Under the pieces are notes generated by a model. It was not told the DNA's origin and did no database searches. It saw only the letters and a list, made by a program, of their open reading frames with translations. The position numbers and the translations under genes are program-made. Of a stretch of 64,000 nt of DNA, positions 24,229 through 38,000 are shown piece after piece (position 1 is the stretch's first letter; every line of letters begins with the position of its first letter). Source of the stretch: Isurus oxyrinchus (Eukaryota); assembly GCA_026770705.1 (NCBI GenBank), contig JANJGN010000014.1:68696001-68760000 (forward strand), given 5' to 3'.

Positions 24229-24426
24229 GTTATCACGTTGAATATAAAGAAAGAAACAGCCTCCTTTGGAAGAGAGCAAATAAGACCATACTAAAAATGA
24301 AGGATCATAGAGTGCCAGGCTTGACTGAAGGTCTTGAATATGAATTTAGAGTAATGGCAATTAACTTGGCTGGTGTAGGCAAACCTAGTGGACCATCACA
24401 TCCTGTTACTACGCTTGATCCAATTG
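24229..24426 (+). CDS. ttn: ttn exon w19: C-terminal part of the same Fn3
   Basis: accag| ... |gtaggt; [14 protein letters not shown].. Confidence 0.9.
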
Positions 24427-24521
24427 GTAGGTGAAATCCATTGCACAGTTCCTCATTACTTATTATTACATATTACAAATGACAAAAATCAGTGCCTGAC
24501 ATAAAATGTTTTTCTTTTCAG

Positions 24522-24818
24522 ATCCTCCTGGAAAACCTGAAGTCATTAATGTTACCCGGACATCTGTAACTTTAATCTGGACTGAGCCAAAGTACGATGG
24601 TGGTCACAAACTAATTGGCTACGTTGTTGAGAAACGTGATCTGCCTTCAAAGACATGGATGAAAGCAAATCATATTAACATTCAAGAGTGTGCTTTTACT
24701 GTTACTGATCTTACTGAGGGCTGTAAATATGAATTCCGGATAAGGGCAAAGAATGCAGCAGGAGCAATTAGCCCACCATCTGAAACTACAGGAACCATTA
24801 TCTGCCAGGATGAATATG
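24522..24818 (+). CDS. ttn: ttn exon w20: Fn3
   Basis: ttcag| ... |gtatgt. Confidence 0.93.
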
Positions 24819-24916
24819 GTATGTAATTTTCTTCTTTACCATGTGATAAAAACAAAAATGAGAAGGAAAAAAACACATGTGGTAATACTAATTCATTCTT
24901 TCTTTTACACCCACAG

Positions 24917-25504
24917 TGGCACCAACAATTGTAATTGATCCTACTGTTAAAGAAGGTTTAACGGTTAAAGCTGGTGATACTATTGTAATTACTGCTACTA
25001 GTATTCTTGGCAAACCTCCACCGACATCAGTGTGGTCTAAAGGTGGAAAAGATTTCAAGGTCTCTGAGATTGTCCAAATTGAAAAAACTCCAACTTCCTC
25101 AACGCTGTCTGTTAAATATGCTACTAGGAAAGATTCTGGTGAATATACTATCACTGCCAGCAATCCATTTGGCACCAAAGAAGAAAATGTGCGTGTGACA
25201 GTGTTGGATGTTCCTGGTCCTCCAGGACCTATTGAAATAAGCAATGTTTCATCTGAGAAGGTTACACTGAATTGGTTACCTCCAGCTGAAGATGGAGGTT
25301 CTCCAGTCAAATCTTACACAATTGAAAAGAGAGAAACTAGCCGCCTTCTCTGGACTTTAGTTGCCGAAAATGTTCTGAGCTGCAGATATGTTGCAAGTAA
25401 ACTTATACAGGGAAATGAATATATCTTCCGTGTCTCTGCTGTAAATCAGTATGGGATTGGTGAGCCAGTACAGGCAGAACCAGTTAAGATGGTGGACAGT
25501 TTTG
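24917..25504 (+). CDS. ttn: ttn exon w21: Ig-Fn3
   Basis: cacag| ... |gtaatc. Confidence 0.93.
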
Positions 25505-25600
25505 GTAATCACATTTATTTTTAAAATACTGAACATTATATTACTTTTGTATATTGGCCTGATAGAAATATAAGCTTAATTTATAATATTCCTCTTTCAG

Positions 25601-25903
25601 GTCCTCCTGGCCCGCCTACAAAGCCTGAGGTCACTAATGTTACCAAAAGTACTGTTACTATTGGCTGGAAGAGGCCAGCTGATGATGGTGGTAGTGAAAT
25701 CACAGGATACATTGTAGAACGTAAAGAAAAGAAAGGTCTCAGATGGATTAGAGCAACAAAGAAACCAATATCTGACCTCCGACATAAAGTAACAGGACTG
25801 AATGAAGGAACTGAGTATGAATTCCGTGTCAGTGCAGAAAATAAGGCAGGTATTGGACCACCAAGTGATCCATCACAACCAGCATTAACAAAAGATATAG
25901 CAT
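25601..25903 (+). CDS. ttn: ttn exon w22: Fn3 (not in + ORF track)
   Basis: ttcag| ... |gtaagt; [25 protein letters not shown].. Confidence 0.92.
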
Positions 25904-26013
25904 GTAAGTAACAAAGATACATTACACTTTTCTCATCTTTGTTGTAGGTACATTATTCTGTGAAACTAGAAATACTTATATGTAATTATATTCTTTTCTT
26001 TCAATTTATACAG

Positions 26014-29000
26014 ATGTACCTGGACCACCTTCTAACCCAAGAGTGGTTGACACAACAAAGACTACCGCAAGTTTGACTTGGGGAAAGCCCCACTATGATG
26101 GTGGCCTTGACATTATAGGCTATATAGTCGAACACAGAAAAGAAGGAGATGAGAACTGGATAAAAGACACAACAGGCACTGCACTCAGAATAACTGAGTT
26201 TGTTGTTGCTAACCTTCAGTCAGGAGAAAAATACCACTTCAGAGTTAGTGCCCTCAATGCAGTGGGTGTTGGTGAGCCTGCACAAGTTGAAGGTGTTGTT
26301 GAAATTAAGGAACGTGAAGTAGCACCTGAATTTGAGTTAGATGCTGAACTGAGAAGAACTCTTGTTGTCAGAGCTGGAGTAAACATTCGCATTTTTGTAC
26401 CAATCAAGGGACGTCCAACTCCTGATGTCACATGGTTTAAAGGAGACATCCCAGTTAAAGGTCATGCAACTGTAGAAACCACAGATTCATACACATTTCT
26501 GCTTATCCCAGATTGCACAAGATATGATGCTGGAAAGTACACAATGTGCCTTGAAAATGTTGCTGGTAAGAAGAGTGGTTTTGTAAATGTGAGAGTCTTA
26601 GACTCACCAGGACCACCTATAAATCTCAAAGCAAGAGAAGTAACAAAAGACAGTGTTACAATGCAATGGGATATGCCAATGATTGATGGTGGTTCACGGA
26701 TAACCAATTACATTGTAGAAAAACGAGAATCAACCCGGAAGGCATACTCTACTGTCACAACCAATTGCCAGAAATGTTCACTCAGAATTGTCAATTTGGC
26801 AGAAGGATGTGAGTACTACTTCAGAGTAATGGCAGAGAATGAATATGGCATAGGTGAACCAGCTGAGACTACAGATCCAATAAAAGCATCTGAAGCTCCA
26901 TCACCTCCAGAACGCTTGCACATTATGGATATCACAAAACATACTGTTAGTCTGGCTTGGCCAAAACCAGAACATGATGGCGGTAGCAAAATTATAGGAT
27001 ATGTACTTGAGGCACAGAAGAAAGATTCCGAAAAATGGATGTCTTTGGCAACTGTAAAGGCACTAGATTATGTTGCAAAGAATCTTAGTGAAAATGAAGA
27101 ATACACATTCCGAGTAATGGCAGTAAATGCTGCTGGAAGAAGTGATCCACGAGAAAGCAGACCAGCTCTTGTTAAGGAACAAACAATGCTTCCAGAATTT
27201 GATCTACGTGGCATATACCAGAAGCTTGTGATTGCAAAAGCAGGTGATAATATCAAAGTTGATATCCCTGTCCTTGGTCGACCAAAACCAACAGTCACCT
27301 GGAAGAAGGAAGACGAGCCTTTGAAGCAGACACAGAGAATAAATGTTGAAAATACAGCAAACTCAACCATACTTAACATCAATGAATGCATAAGAAATGA
27401 TAGTGGCAAGTTTACGTTGACAGCTAAAAATATACTTGGTGAAGTAAGTGACATCATCACGGTTCAGGTTCATGACATTCCTGGACCCCCAAAAGGGCCA
27501 ATTAAATTTGATGAAATTTCATCTGATTACATAATGCTGTCATGGGAGCCTCCTGAAAATGATGGAGGCGTGCCAATAAACAATTACATTGTAGAAATGC
27601 GTGAGACCAACAGTACATCATGGGTAGAGCTAGCAGCTACTGTAATACGTACATCATATAAAGCTCCCCACCTTACAACTGGAACTGAATATCAATTCCG
27701 AGTTAAGGCTCAAAACAGATATGGTGCTGGTCCTGCAATCTTTTCAGAGACTGTAGTTGCAGCATATCCATTTAAGGCGCCTGGACCTCCTGGAACTCCA
27801 CATGTTCTTGCCGTTAGTAAGGATTCAATGACTATCACCTGGAATGACCCTGTTTCTGATGGTGGAAGTCCCATTTTTGGATACTACATTGAAAGAAAGG
27901 AAAAAAATAGTATACTTTGGCAGACTGTAAATAAGTCTTTGATTGTAGGCACTACATTTAAATCAACTGGACTTACTGATGGCATTGCATACGAATTCCG
28001 TGTTGTAGCAGAAAATATGGCTGGCAAAGGTAAACCAAGTAAACCATCAGAACCAGTATATGCATTGGACCCCATTGATCCTCCTGGTAAACCAGTTCCA
28101 CTTACCATTACAAGAAATTCTGTAACACTCACCTGGACGAAACCAGAATATGATGGAGGCTTTAAGATAACTGGTTACACAGTTGAAAAAAGGGATCTGC
28201 CTAGTGGTCGCTGGCTTAAGGCAAACTTTAGCAATGTACTAGAGACTGTCTTTACTGTCAGTGGTCTTAATGAAGGTGACACATATGAGTTCCGCATAGT
28301 AGCTCGCAATTCTGCTGGTTCGATAAGCAAACCATCTGAGCCTACTGATGCAATAATATGCAAAGATGACATTGAAGAACCCAGAATAATGGTTGATGTT
28401 AAATTCAAGAGTGTTTTACTATTGAAAGCTGGCGAAACTTTCAAACTTGAAGCAGATGTCAGAGGGCAACCACCACCAACAATGGCTTGGACTAAAGAAG
28501 GAAATGAACTTGAAGAAACAGGAAAACTAGAAGTAAAAATGACAGATTTCTCCACTGTTTTAATACACAAAGAGAGTGTAAGAAGAGACGGTGGTGCTTT
28601 TATGCTTACTGCATCTAACCCTGGAGGAACAGCGAAGCATGTTTTTAATGTCAAGATTTTGGATAGACCAGGACCTCCTGAAGGACCTATGGTAATTTCA
28701 GATGTCACAGCAGAAAAATGTGTGATATCATGGCTGCCACCACCAGATGATGGCGGTGCAAAGATTGAACACTATGTCGTTGAAAAGCGTGAAACTAGTA
28801 GACTTGCCTGGACTAACGTGGCTACAGATGTCCAAATAACCAAATTAAAGATACCCAAACTTCTGCAAGGGAATGAATATATTTTCCGTGTTATGGCAGT
28901 AAATAAATATGGAGTTGGTGAACCATTAGAATCCGATCCTGTTGTAGCTGCTAATCCATTTGTACCACCTAGCCCACCAAAGAATCCTGAAGTTACAGCA

Positions 29001-32000
29001 ATTACCAAGGATTCAATGGTGGTTTGTTGGGGACATCCTGATTCTGATGGTGGAAGTGAAATTACTAACTACATTATTGAGAGGCGTGACAGGACAGGGA
29101 TGCGCTGGGTTAAATGTAATAAAAGAACAGTAACTGACCTACGATACAAAGTTGGTAGGCTCACAGAAGGACATGAATATGAATACAGAATCATGGCTGA
29201 AAATGCTGCTGGTGTAAGTCAACCCAGTTCTTCCAGCCCATACTACAAAGCAATTGACACTGTTTTCAAACCTGGACCACCAGGTAACCCTAGAGTGCTA
29301 GATACCAGCAGATCTTCAGTCACTATTGCATGGAATAAACCTATTTATGATGGTGGCTCAGAAATTACAGGTTACATGGTTGAAACAAGTCTCCCTGAAG
29401 AAGATGAATGGACAGTTGTAACACCACAGAGTGGACTCAAGGCCACGTCGTTCACAATCACTGACTTAAAAGAAAACCAAGAGTACAAAGTTCGCATATA
29501 CGCTATAAACTCTGAAGGTGTTGGAGAGCCTGCACAAATCCCTGGAACAGCTAAAGCTGAAGAAAGGTTATTGCCACCTGAAATTGAGCTTGATGCAGAC
29601 CTGCGTAAAGTGGTATTGATAAGAGCTTGCTGCACTTTGAGATTATTCGTTACAATTCGAGGAAGACCAACACCTGAGATTAAATGGGCAAGGGAAGATG
29701 GGGAGCCCCTAGATAGAGCTTCAATCGAAAATACAAGCTCATATTCTCTCCTTGTCATTCCAAATGTAAATAGATTTGATAGTGGCAAATATGTCTTAAC
29801 AGTAGAGAACAGTGGCGGCAGCAAATCTGCTTTTGTCAGTGTTAGAGTTCTGGATACTCCAGGTCCAGCGCAGAATCTTAAAATTAAGGAAGTTTCCAAA
29901 GACTCCATTACAATTACTTGGGAGCCCCCACTCATTGATGGTGGCTCGAAGATTAAGAATTACATTGTGGAGAAAAGAGAATCAACAAGGAAAGCATACT
30001 CTACTGTGATTGCAAACTGCCATAAAACAAGCTGGAAGGTGGATCACTTGCAAGAAGGCTGCAACTATTACTTCCGTGTCTTAGCTGAAAATGAATATGG
30101 AATAGGTCTTCCTGTTGAGACATCTGACTCGGTTAAAGTATCAGAAAGACCACTACCACCAGGCAAAGTAACCCTCATCGATGTGACAAGAAACAGTGCA
30201 GCTTTGTCATGGGAAAAACCAGAGCATGATGGAGGCAGTAGGATTTTAGGATACATAGTGGAAATGCAAAGTAAAGGCAGTGAAAAGTGGACAACATGTG
30301 CAACAGTGAAAATAACTGAAGCCACCATAACAGGATTGACGCAAGGTGAAGAGTATATGTTCCGAGTATCGGCACAAAATGAAAAAGGTGTCAGTGATCC
30401 CCGACAGCTGGGAGTCCCTGTTGTTGCAAAAGATCTTGTGATTGTTCCTGCTTTAAAGCTTCTATTTACCACATTCAGTGTCCTAGCAGGAGAGGACTTA
30501 AAAGTTGATGTACCATTTATTGCACGCCCTAAACCAACTATATCTTGGCTGAAAGATAATCACCCATTAAAACAAACAACAAGGATTAATGCTGAGAGCA
30601 AAGATAATAAGGCAGTTTTGATGATCAAGGAGGCCTGTCGTGAAGATGTTGGTCAGTACAATATAAAACTTACAAATACTGCTGGAGAAGTGTCTGAAAA
30701 TCTTAGCATTGTTGTTTTAGACAAGCCTGGGCCTCCAACTGGACCAGTCAAAATTGAGGAGGTTACTGCAGACAATATCGTTATATCATGGAAACCGCCA
30801 GAATATGATGGGGGCTGTCAAATCAGTAATTATATCGTTGAAAAAAGAGACACTTCAACGACTGTCTGGCAGATTATTTCTGCTACTGTTGCCCGAACAA
30901 CTATCAAAGCTGCACGTTTAAAGGCTGGTACGGAATATCAATTCAGGATTGCAGCTGAGAATAGATATGGAAAGAGCAGTTATCTTACTTCTGAATCGAT
31001 TGTGGCACAATACCCTTACAAGGCTCCTGGTCCACCTGGTACTCCTTTAATAACAAATGTTACAAAGGATAGTATGGTAGTGCAATGGAATGAACCTGTC
31101 AATGATGGCGGCAGCAAGATCCTGGGTTACCATCTTGAACGTAAAGAAAGAAACAGCATTTTGTGGATCAAACTGAACAAGACAATTATTTCTGATACGA
31201 AATTAAAGTCTACAAATCTTGAAGAGGGCATTGAATATGAATATAGAGTATATGCTGAGAATATTGTTGGCATTGGCAAACCGAGCAAGGTATCTGAATG
31301 TGTGGCAGCTAGAGATCCTTGTGATCCACCAGGTCGCCCTGAAGCTATAATTGTCACTAGAAGTGCAGTGACACTGCAGTGGACCAAGCCTGAGTATGAT
31401 GGAGGCAGCAAAATCATTGGCTATGTTGTTGAAAAGAAAGAACTTCCTGATGGTCGTTGGATGAAATCCAGCTTTACCAATGTCATCGATACTCAGTTTG
31501 CTGTAACTGGCTTAGTAGAAGACCAGAGATACGAGTTCAGGGTAATTGCTAGAAATGCAGCTGGTGTATTCAGTGAACCATCTGAATCCACTGGTCCAAT
31601 TACTGTTAGAGATGAAGTAGACCCACCACGAATTAGCATGGATCCACAATATAAGGAAGGTATTGTAGTACATGCAGGCGAAGCATTCAAAATTGAAGCT
31701 GATGTTTATGGAAAACCAAAACCTACAATCCAGTGGATGAAAGGAACAAAAGAACTTGAAAACACAGCTAGGCTTGAAATGAAAAGTACAGATTTTAACA
31801 CCATTCTGACTGTCAAGGAAACTATTCGTGTAGATAGTGGCCACTATATCCTCTTGGTAAAGAATGTAGCTGGTGAAAAGTCTGTTGCTGTTAATGTGAA
31901 GGTACTAGACAGACCAGGACCACCTGAAGGCCCAATTGTTATAACTGGGGTAACTGCTGAAAAATGTACATTAACCTGGAAGCCACCAAAACAAGATGGC

Positions 32001-35000
32001 GGGAGCGATGTTTCACATTACATTGTTGAAAGAAGAGAAACTAGCCGTTTGGTCTGGACATTAGTTGAGTCTAATGTGCAGACTACAAGTTGCAAAGTTA
32101 CTAAACTTCTGGAAGGAAATGAATATATCTTCCGTATTATGGGTGTAAACAAATATGGTGTAGGTGAGATACTTGAATCTGATCCAGTAATAGCAAAGAA
32201 TCCATTTGTACGCCCTGATGCACCAAAGACACCTGAGGTTACTGCTGTTACAAAGGACTCAATGATCGTTGTATGGGGAAGACCTGCATCTGATGGTGGT
32301 AGTGAAATTCATGGCTACATTTTGGAAAAACGTGACAAGGAGGGCATTAGGTGGACAAGGTGTAACAAACGGCTGGTTAGTGAACTACGTTTCAGGGTAA
32401 CTGGACTTATAGAAAACCATAATTATGAATTTAGAGTATCTGCTGAAAATGCTGCTGGTATCAGTGAACCAAGTCCATGCTGCATTTTCTGCAAGGCATC
32501 TGACCCTATCTACAAACCTGGACCACCCAACAATCCTAAAGTAACTGATTTTACAAGATCTTCTGTCTTCCTTTCATGGGGTAAACCCATTTATGATGGC
32601 GGATGTGAAATCCAAGGATATCTTGTAGAGATGTGTGATGTAAGCACTGAAGAATGGACAATGTGCACAACAGCAAGTGGCATCAAGCAGACCCGATTTG
32701 AAGTGGATAAATTGCTGGAAAAGCACGAATACAAGTTCCGTGTATGTGCCGTCAATAAGGCCGGAGTTGGTGAACCTGCTGACATTCCTGATACTGTCCT
32801 TTTGGAGGATAAATTAGAAGCTCCAGACCTTGACCTTGATGCTGATTTGAGGAAAATTATTAATGTCAGAGCTAGTTGTTCTTTGAGATTATTTGTTCCT
32901 ATCAGAGGCCGTCCTGCTCCAGAAGTGAAATGGTCCAAGGCAGATGGTGAAATAAGAGATACTGCACAGATTGAAATTTCTGAAAGTTATACATTGCTTG
33001 TAATTGATAATGTTAATAGGTATGACTCAGGCAAATACATATTAACTTTGGAAAACAGTAGCGGAACAAAATCTGCCTTTGTTACTGTGAGAGTCCTTGA
33101 TACCCCAAGCCCCCCAGTTAATTTCAAGGTGAGGGAAATAACAAAGGATAGTGTCACCTTATCCTGGGAACATCCTCTGTTGGACGGAGGTGCTAAAATT
33201 AAGAATTTCATTGTAGAAAAACGAGAATCTACAAGGAAAGCCTATTCAGCTGTTATCACAAACTGCCACAAGACCTCTTTTAGGGTAGAACAACTTCAAG
33301 AAGGTTGCAATTATTATTTTAGAGTAACTGCTGAAAACGAGCATGGAATTGGATTACCTGCAGAAACAGTTGACCCAGTTAAAATATCTGAGGTGCCACA
33401 GCCTCCAGGAAAGATAACAGTGGTTGATGTGACAAGAAAGTCTGTGTCCCTTACCTGGGAGAAACCAGAACATGATGGTGGCAGCAAAATTATCCAGTAT
33501 ATTGTAGAAATGCAAAGTAAAGGTAGTGAAAAATGGTTGGCATGTGCACATGTGAAAACACTTGAGGCAATAATCAGTAACCTAGCACAAGGAGAGGAGT
33601 ATCTGTTTAGAGTCATGGCAGTGAATGAAAAAGGCAAGAGTGACCCAAGAACTCTTGCCGTGCCTGTGGTTGCTAAAGATCTAGTGATTGACCCAGATGT
33701 CAGACCAGCATTTAGTAGTTATAGTGTACAGGTAGGACATGACTTAAAAATTGAGATCCCAATTGCTGGACGTCCTAAACCAAATATTACTTGGACAAAG
33801 GATGGTCAGCCACTCAAGCAGACAACCAGAGTCAATGTTGCTCATTCTGACAATACTACAGTCCTAAGCATCAAGGAATCAATTAGAGCTGATAATGGAT
33901 TGTATGGTATCACCGTGGATAATGTTGTTGGGCAAAAGACAGCCACTATTGAAATAATAACACTTGATAAGCCTGGTCCACCAAGTGGCCCTGTAAGGTT
34001 TGATGCAGTTAGTGCTGAAAGTGTCACAATTTCATGGGATCCACCAAGCTTTACTGGTGGCTGTCAGATAAATAACTATGTAGTTGAGAAGAGAGATACA
34101 ACTACTGTAAACTGGGAGATTGTTTCAGCTACAGTTGCTAGAACAAGTCTGAAGATAAGCAAACTTAAAACTGGAGCAGAATATCAGTTTAGAGTATTTG
34201 CAGAAAATAGATATGGTAGAAGTTTTGCTTTGGATTCTCAGGCAGTTGTAGCACAGTATCCATTTAAAGAACCTGGCCCACCAGGTACTCCATTTGTATC
34301 AGCTATTACTAAGGACAGCATGGAAGTGCAGTGGCATGAACCAATTAATGATGGAGGTAGCAAAATCTTAGGATACCACCTTGAGCGCAAAGAAAGAAAC
34401 AGCATTCTTTGGACAAAAATCAATAGGACCATTATACAGGATACAAGATTTAAGACCTCGGGACTTGAAGAAGGCATTGAATATGAATTCAAAGTATATG
34501 CTGAAAATATTGTTGGTATTGGAAAACCCAGCAAAGTGTCTGAATGCTATTTTGCACGTGATCCATGTGATCCACCAGGTTGTCCAGAAGCCATTATTGT
34601 AACCAGGAACTCAATAACACTTCAGTGGACAAAGCCGGAATATGATGGTGGCAGTATCATAACTGGATATATAGTAGAGAAGCGTGACTTACCTGAGGGT
34701 CGCTGGATGAAGGCAAGCTTTACAAATGTTATTGAGACTCAATTCACTGTAACTGGCCTCACTGAAGATGAAAAATATGACTTCAGGGTCATCGCTAAGA
34801 ATGCTGCTGGTACAATTAGCAAGCCATCTGACAACACTGGACCAATTGTTGCAAAGGATGAAGTTGAACCACCTAGACTAGCTATGGATCCAAAATACAG
34901 AGACACAATAGTGGTTAATGCAGGTGATGCATTTAAGTTAGAAGCTGATGTTCATGGCAAACCATTACCCATTATCCAGTGGTTCAAAGGTGAAAAAGAA

Positions 35001-38000
35001 GTTGAAGAATCAGCAAGACTTGAGGTTAAAAATACAGATTTCAGAGCTATGCTTCTTGTTAAGGATGCAATTAGAGTGGATGGTGGGCAGTACATTCTTC
35101 AAGCTTCTAATGTGGCTGGTACAAAATCTGTTCCTATCAATGTAAAAGTTTTGGACAGACCAGGACCTCCAGCAGGGCCAATCCAAGTTACTGGTGTCAC
35201 TGCTGAAAAGTGTTCATTGTCTTGGGGCCCACCACAACATGATGGTGGAAGTGCTATTTCACACTATATTATTGAGAAAAGAGAAACTAGTCGCCTTGCT
35301 TGGACTGTTGTGGCCTCAGATGTCCAAACTACTATGCATAAAGTTACCAAGCTTTTAGAAGGTAATGAATATATCTTCCGTATAATGGCTGTCAACAAGT
35401 TTGGTGTTGGTGAACCTTTGGAGTCTGCACCCGTATTAATGAAGAGTCCGTTTGTACCTCCTGGTGCACCAAAATCTTTGGAAGTAACCAATGTTGCAAA
35501 AGACTCAATGACTATCTGCTGGAGTAGACCAGACAGTGATGGTGGAAGTGAAATTATAGGTTATATTATAGAGAAGAGAGACAGGACTGGAATCAGATGG
35601 ACAAAGTGCAACAAGCATAGAGTAACAGATTTGCGCTTCAGAGCCACAGGACTCACAGAAGATCATGAATATGAATTTAGGTTATCTGCAGAAAATGCTG
35701 CTGGGATTGGTGAACCAAGTCAACCAACAAATTTCTATAAAGCATGTGATCCTGTTTACAAACCTGGGCCACCAGCAAATCCACATGTTGTAGACGCTAC
35801 AAAAAATTCTGTTGTGCTTATTTGGGGAAAACCAATTTATGATGGCGGCAGTGACATTCAAGGATACATAGTAGAAAACCGCAAAGCGGATGAGGAAGAC
35901 TGGACAATGTGCACACCACCATCTGGACTACAGGTCACCCGCTTTGAAATTGGGAAACTTACTGAACATCAGGAATACAACGTTCGTGTATGTGCCATCA
36001 ACAAGGTTGGAGTTGGTGAACCAGCAACAGTAGCTGGCATAGTTAAACCAGAAGATAAACATGAAGCACCTGAAATTGAACTTCCAGCAGAGTTAAGAAA
36101 AGGAATCACAGTTAGAGCTGGCAATACTGTCAGAATCTTCATACCATTTAAAGGTAGACCAACTCCTGAGATCAGTTGGTCAAAGGACGAGGGAGAACTA
36201 ACTGAAAAGTCTCAAGTAGAAAAGGGCCTAAATTATACTCAAGTAACAATAGACAATTGTGATAGAAATGATGCTGGAAAATATATTCTGACTTTAGTGA
36301 ACAGCAGTGGTACTAAGGCTGCATTTGTTACAGTAAAAGTTTTTGACACACCTGGTGCTCCACAAAATTTAACTGTAAAGGATGTAAAGAAAGAATCAAT
36401 TACACTGCAATGGGAACCACCCATTATTGATGGAGGAGCAAAAATTAAAAACTATGTTATTGACAAGCGTGAATCAACCAGGAAAGCTTATGCTAATGTA
36501 ACTGCTAAGTGTAACAAGTGCAGTTTCAAAGCAGAAAATCTTACTGAAGGAGCTGTTTATTATTTCCGAGTGATGGCAGAGAATGAGTTTGGTATTGGTA
36601 TTCCTGTTGAGACTATGGATGCTGTAAAGGCTTCTGAGCCACCTTTACCACCAGGAAAAATCACTGTTGTTGATATCACCCAGAAGAGTGTGTCTCTAAT
36701 CTGGGAGAAGCCCGAACACGATGGAGGTAGCAGAATCATGGGATACTTGATAGAAATGCAGCCTAAAGGATCTGACCAATGGGGTGTTATTACCCAGTCC
36801 AAGACATGTGATGCAGTAGTTTCTGGCCTCAGTTCAGGACAGGAATATCTCTTCCGTGTAATTGCTTTCAATGAGAAAGGAAAAAGTGATCCTAGACTCT
36901 TGGCTGTACCAGTGATAGCTAAAGATCAAAGTATTGCACCTGATTTCAGACTCCTGTTCAACACATACAGTGTCCAAGCCGGGGAGAACCTAAAGGTTGA
37001 AGTTCCATTTATTGGCTGTCCCAAACCTAAAGTTATATGGAAGAAGGATGAGCAGACACTAAAACAGACAATAAGAATTAATGTGGAGGATGCAGCAACA
37101 GCAACAACTCTCCTTATTAAAGAAAGTCATAGAGATGACCATGGGAAGTATTCTGTAAGTGCTACAAACACTGCTGGGACCGTAACAGAAGAGATTGGCA
37201 TCATTGTGCTTGATAAGCCAGGTCCTCCAGTTGGACCAGTACGATTTGATGAAGTTAGTGCTAATTTTGTTGTAATGTCATGGAATCCACCAGAATATAC
37301 TGGAGGCTGTCAAATTAACAACTATATTGTTGAAAAACGGGACACAACCACTACTGTTTGGCAGCTGGTGTCTGCAACTGTGGCAAGAACAACTATTAAA
37401 GTTACTAAACTTACCACAGGATCTGAGTATCAATTCAAAATCTTTGCTGAAAATAGATATGGAAAGAGTTCATCTTTAGATTCTACAGCAGTCATTGCAC
37501 AGTACCCATACAAACAACCCGGTCCTCCAGGCACTCCATTTGTGTCATCTGCCACAAAGGACACCATGTATGTGCAATGGAATGAGCCAGTGATTGATGG
37601 TGGAAGTAAAATTTTGGGTTACCATCTTGAACGCAAAGAAAGGAACAGCATTCTTTGGACAAAACTGAACAAAACAATGATTCAAGATACGCATTACAAG
37701 TGTAACAATCTAGAAGAAGGTATTGAATATGAGTTCAGAGTTTATGCAGAGAATATTGTTGGCACTGGTAAACCTAGCAAAGTTTCTGAATGTTATGTAG
37801 CCCGTGACCCTTGTGATCCTCCTGGCCGTCCTGATGCTGTTGTCATCACAAGAAATTATGTTACCCTACAGTGGAAGAAGCCTCAGTATGATGGTGGCAG
37901 CAAAATTACTGGATATGTGATAGAAAAGAAAGAACTTCCTGATGGTCGCTGGATGAAAGCTAGTTTTACCAACATAATTGACACTGAATTTACTGTTTCT

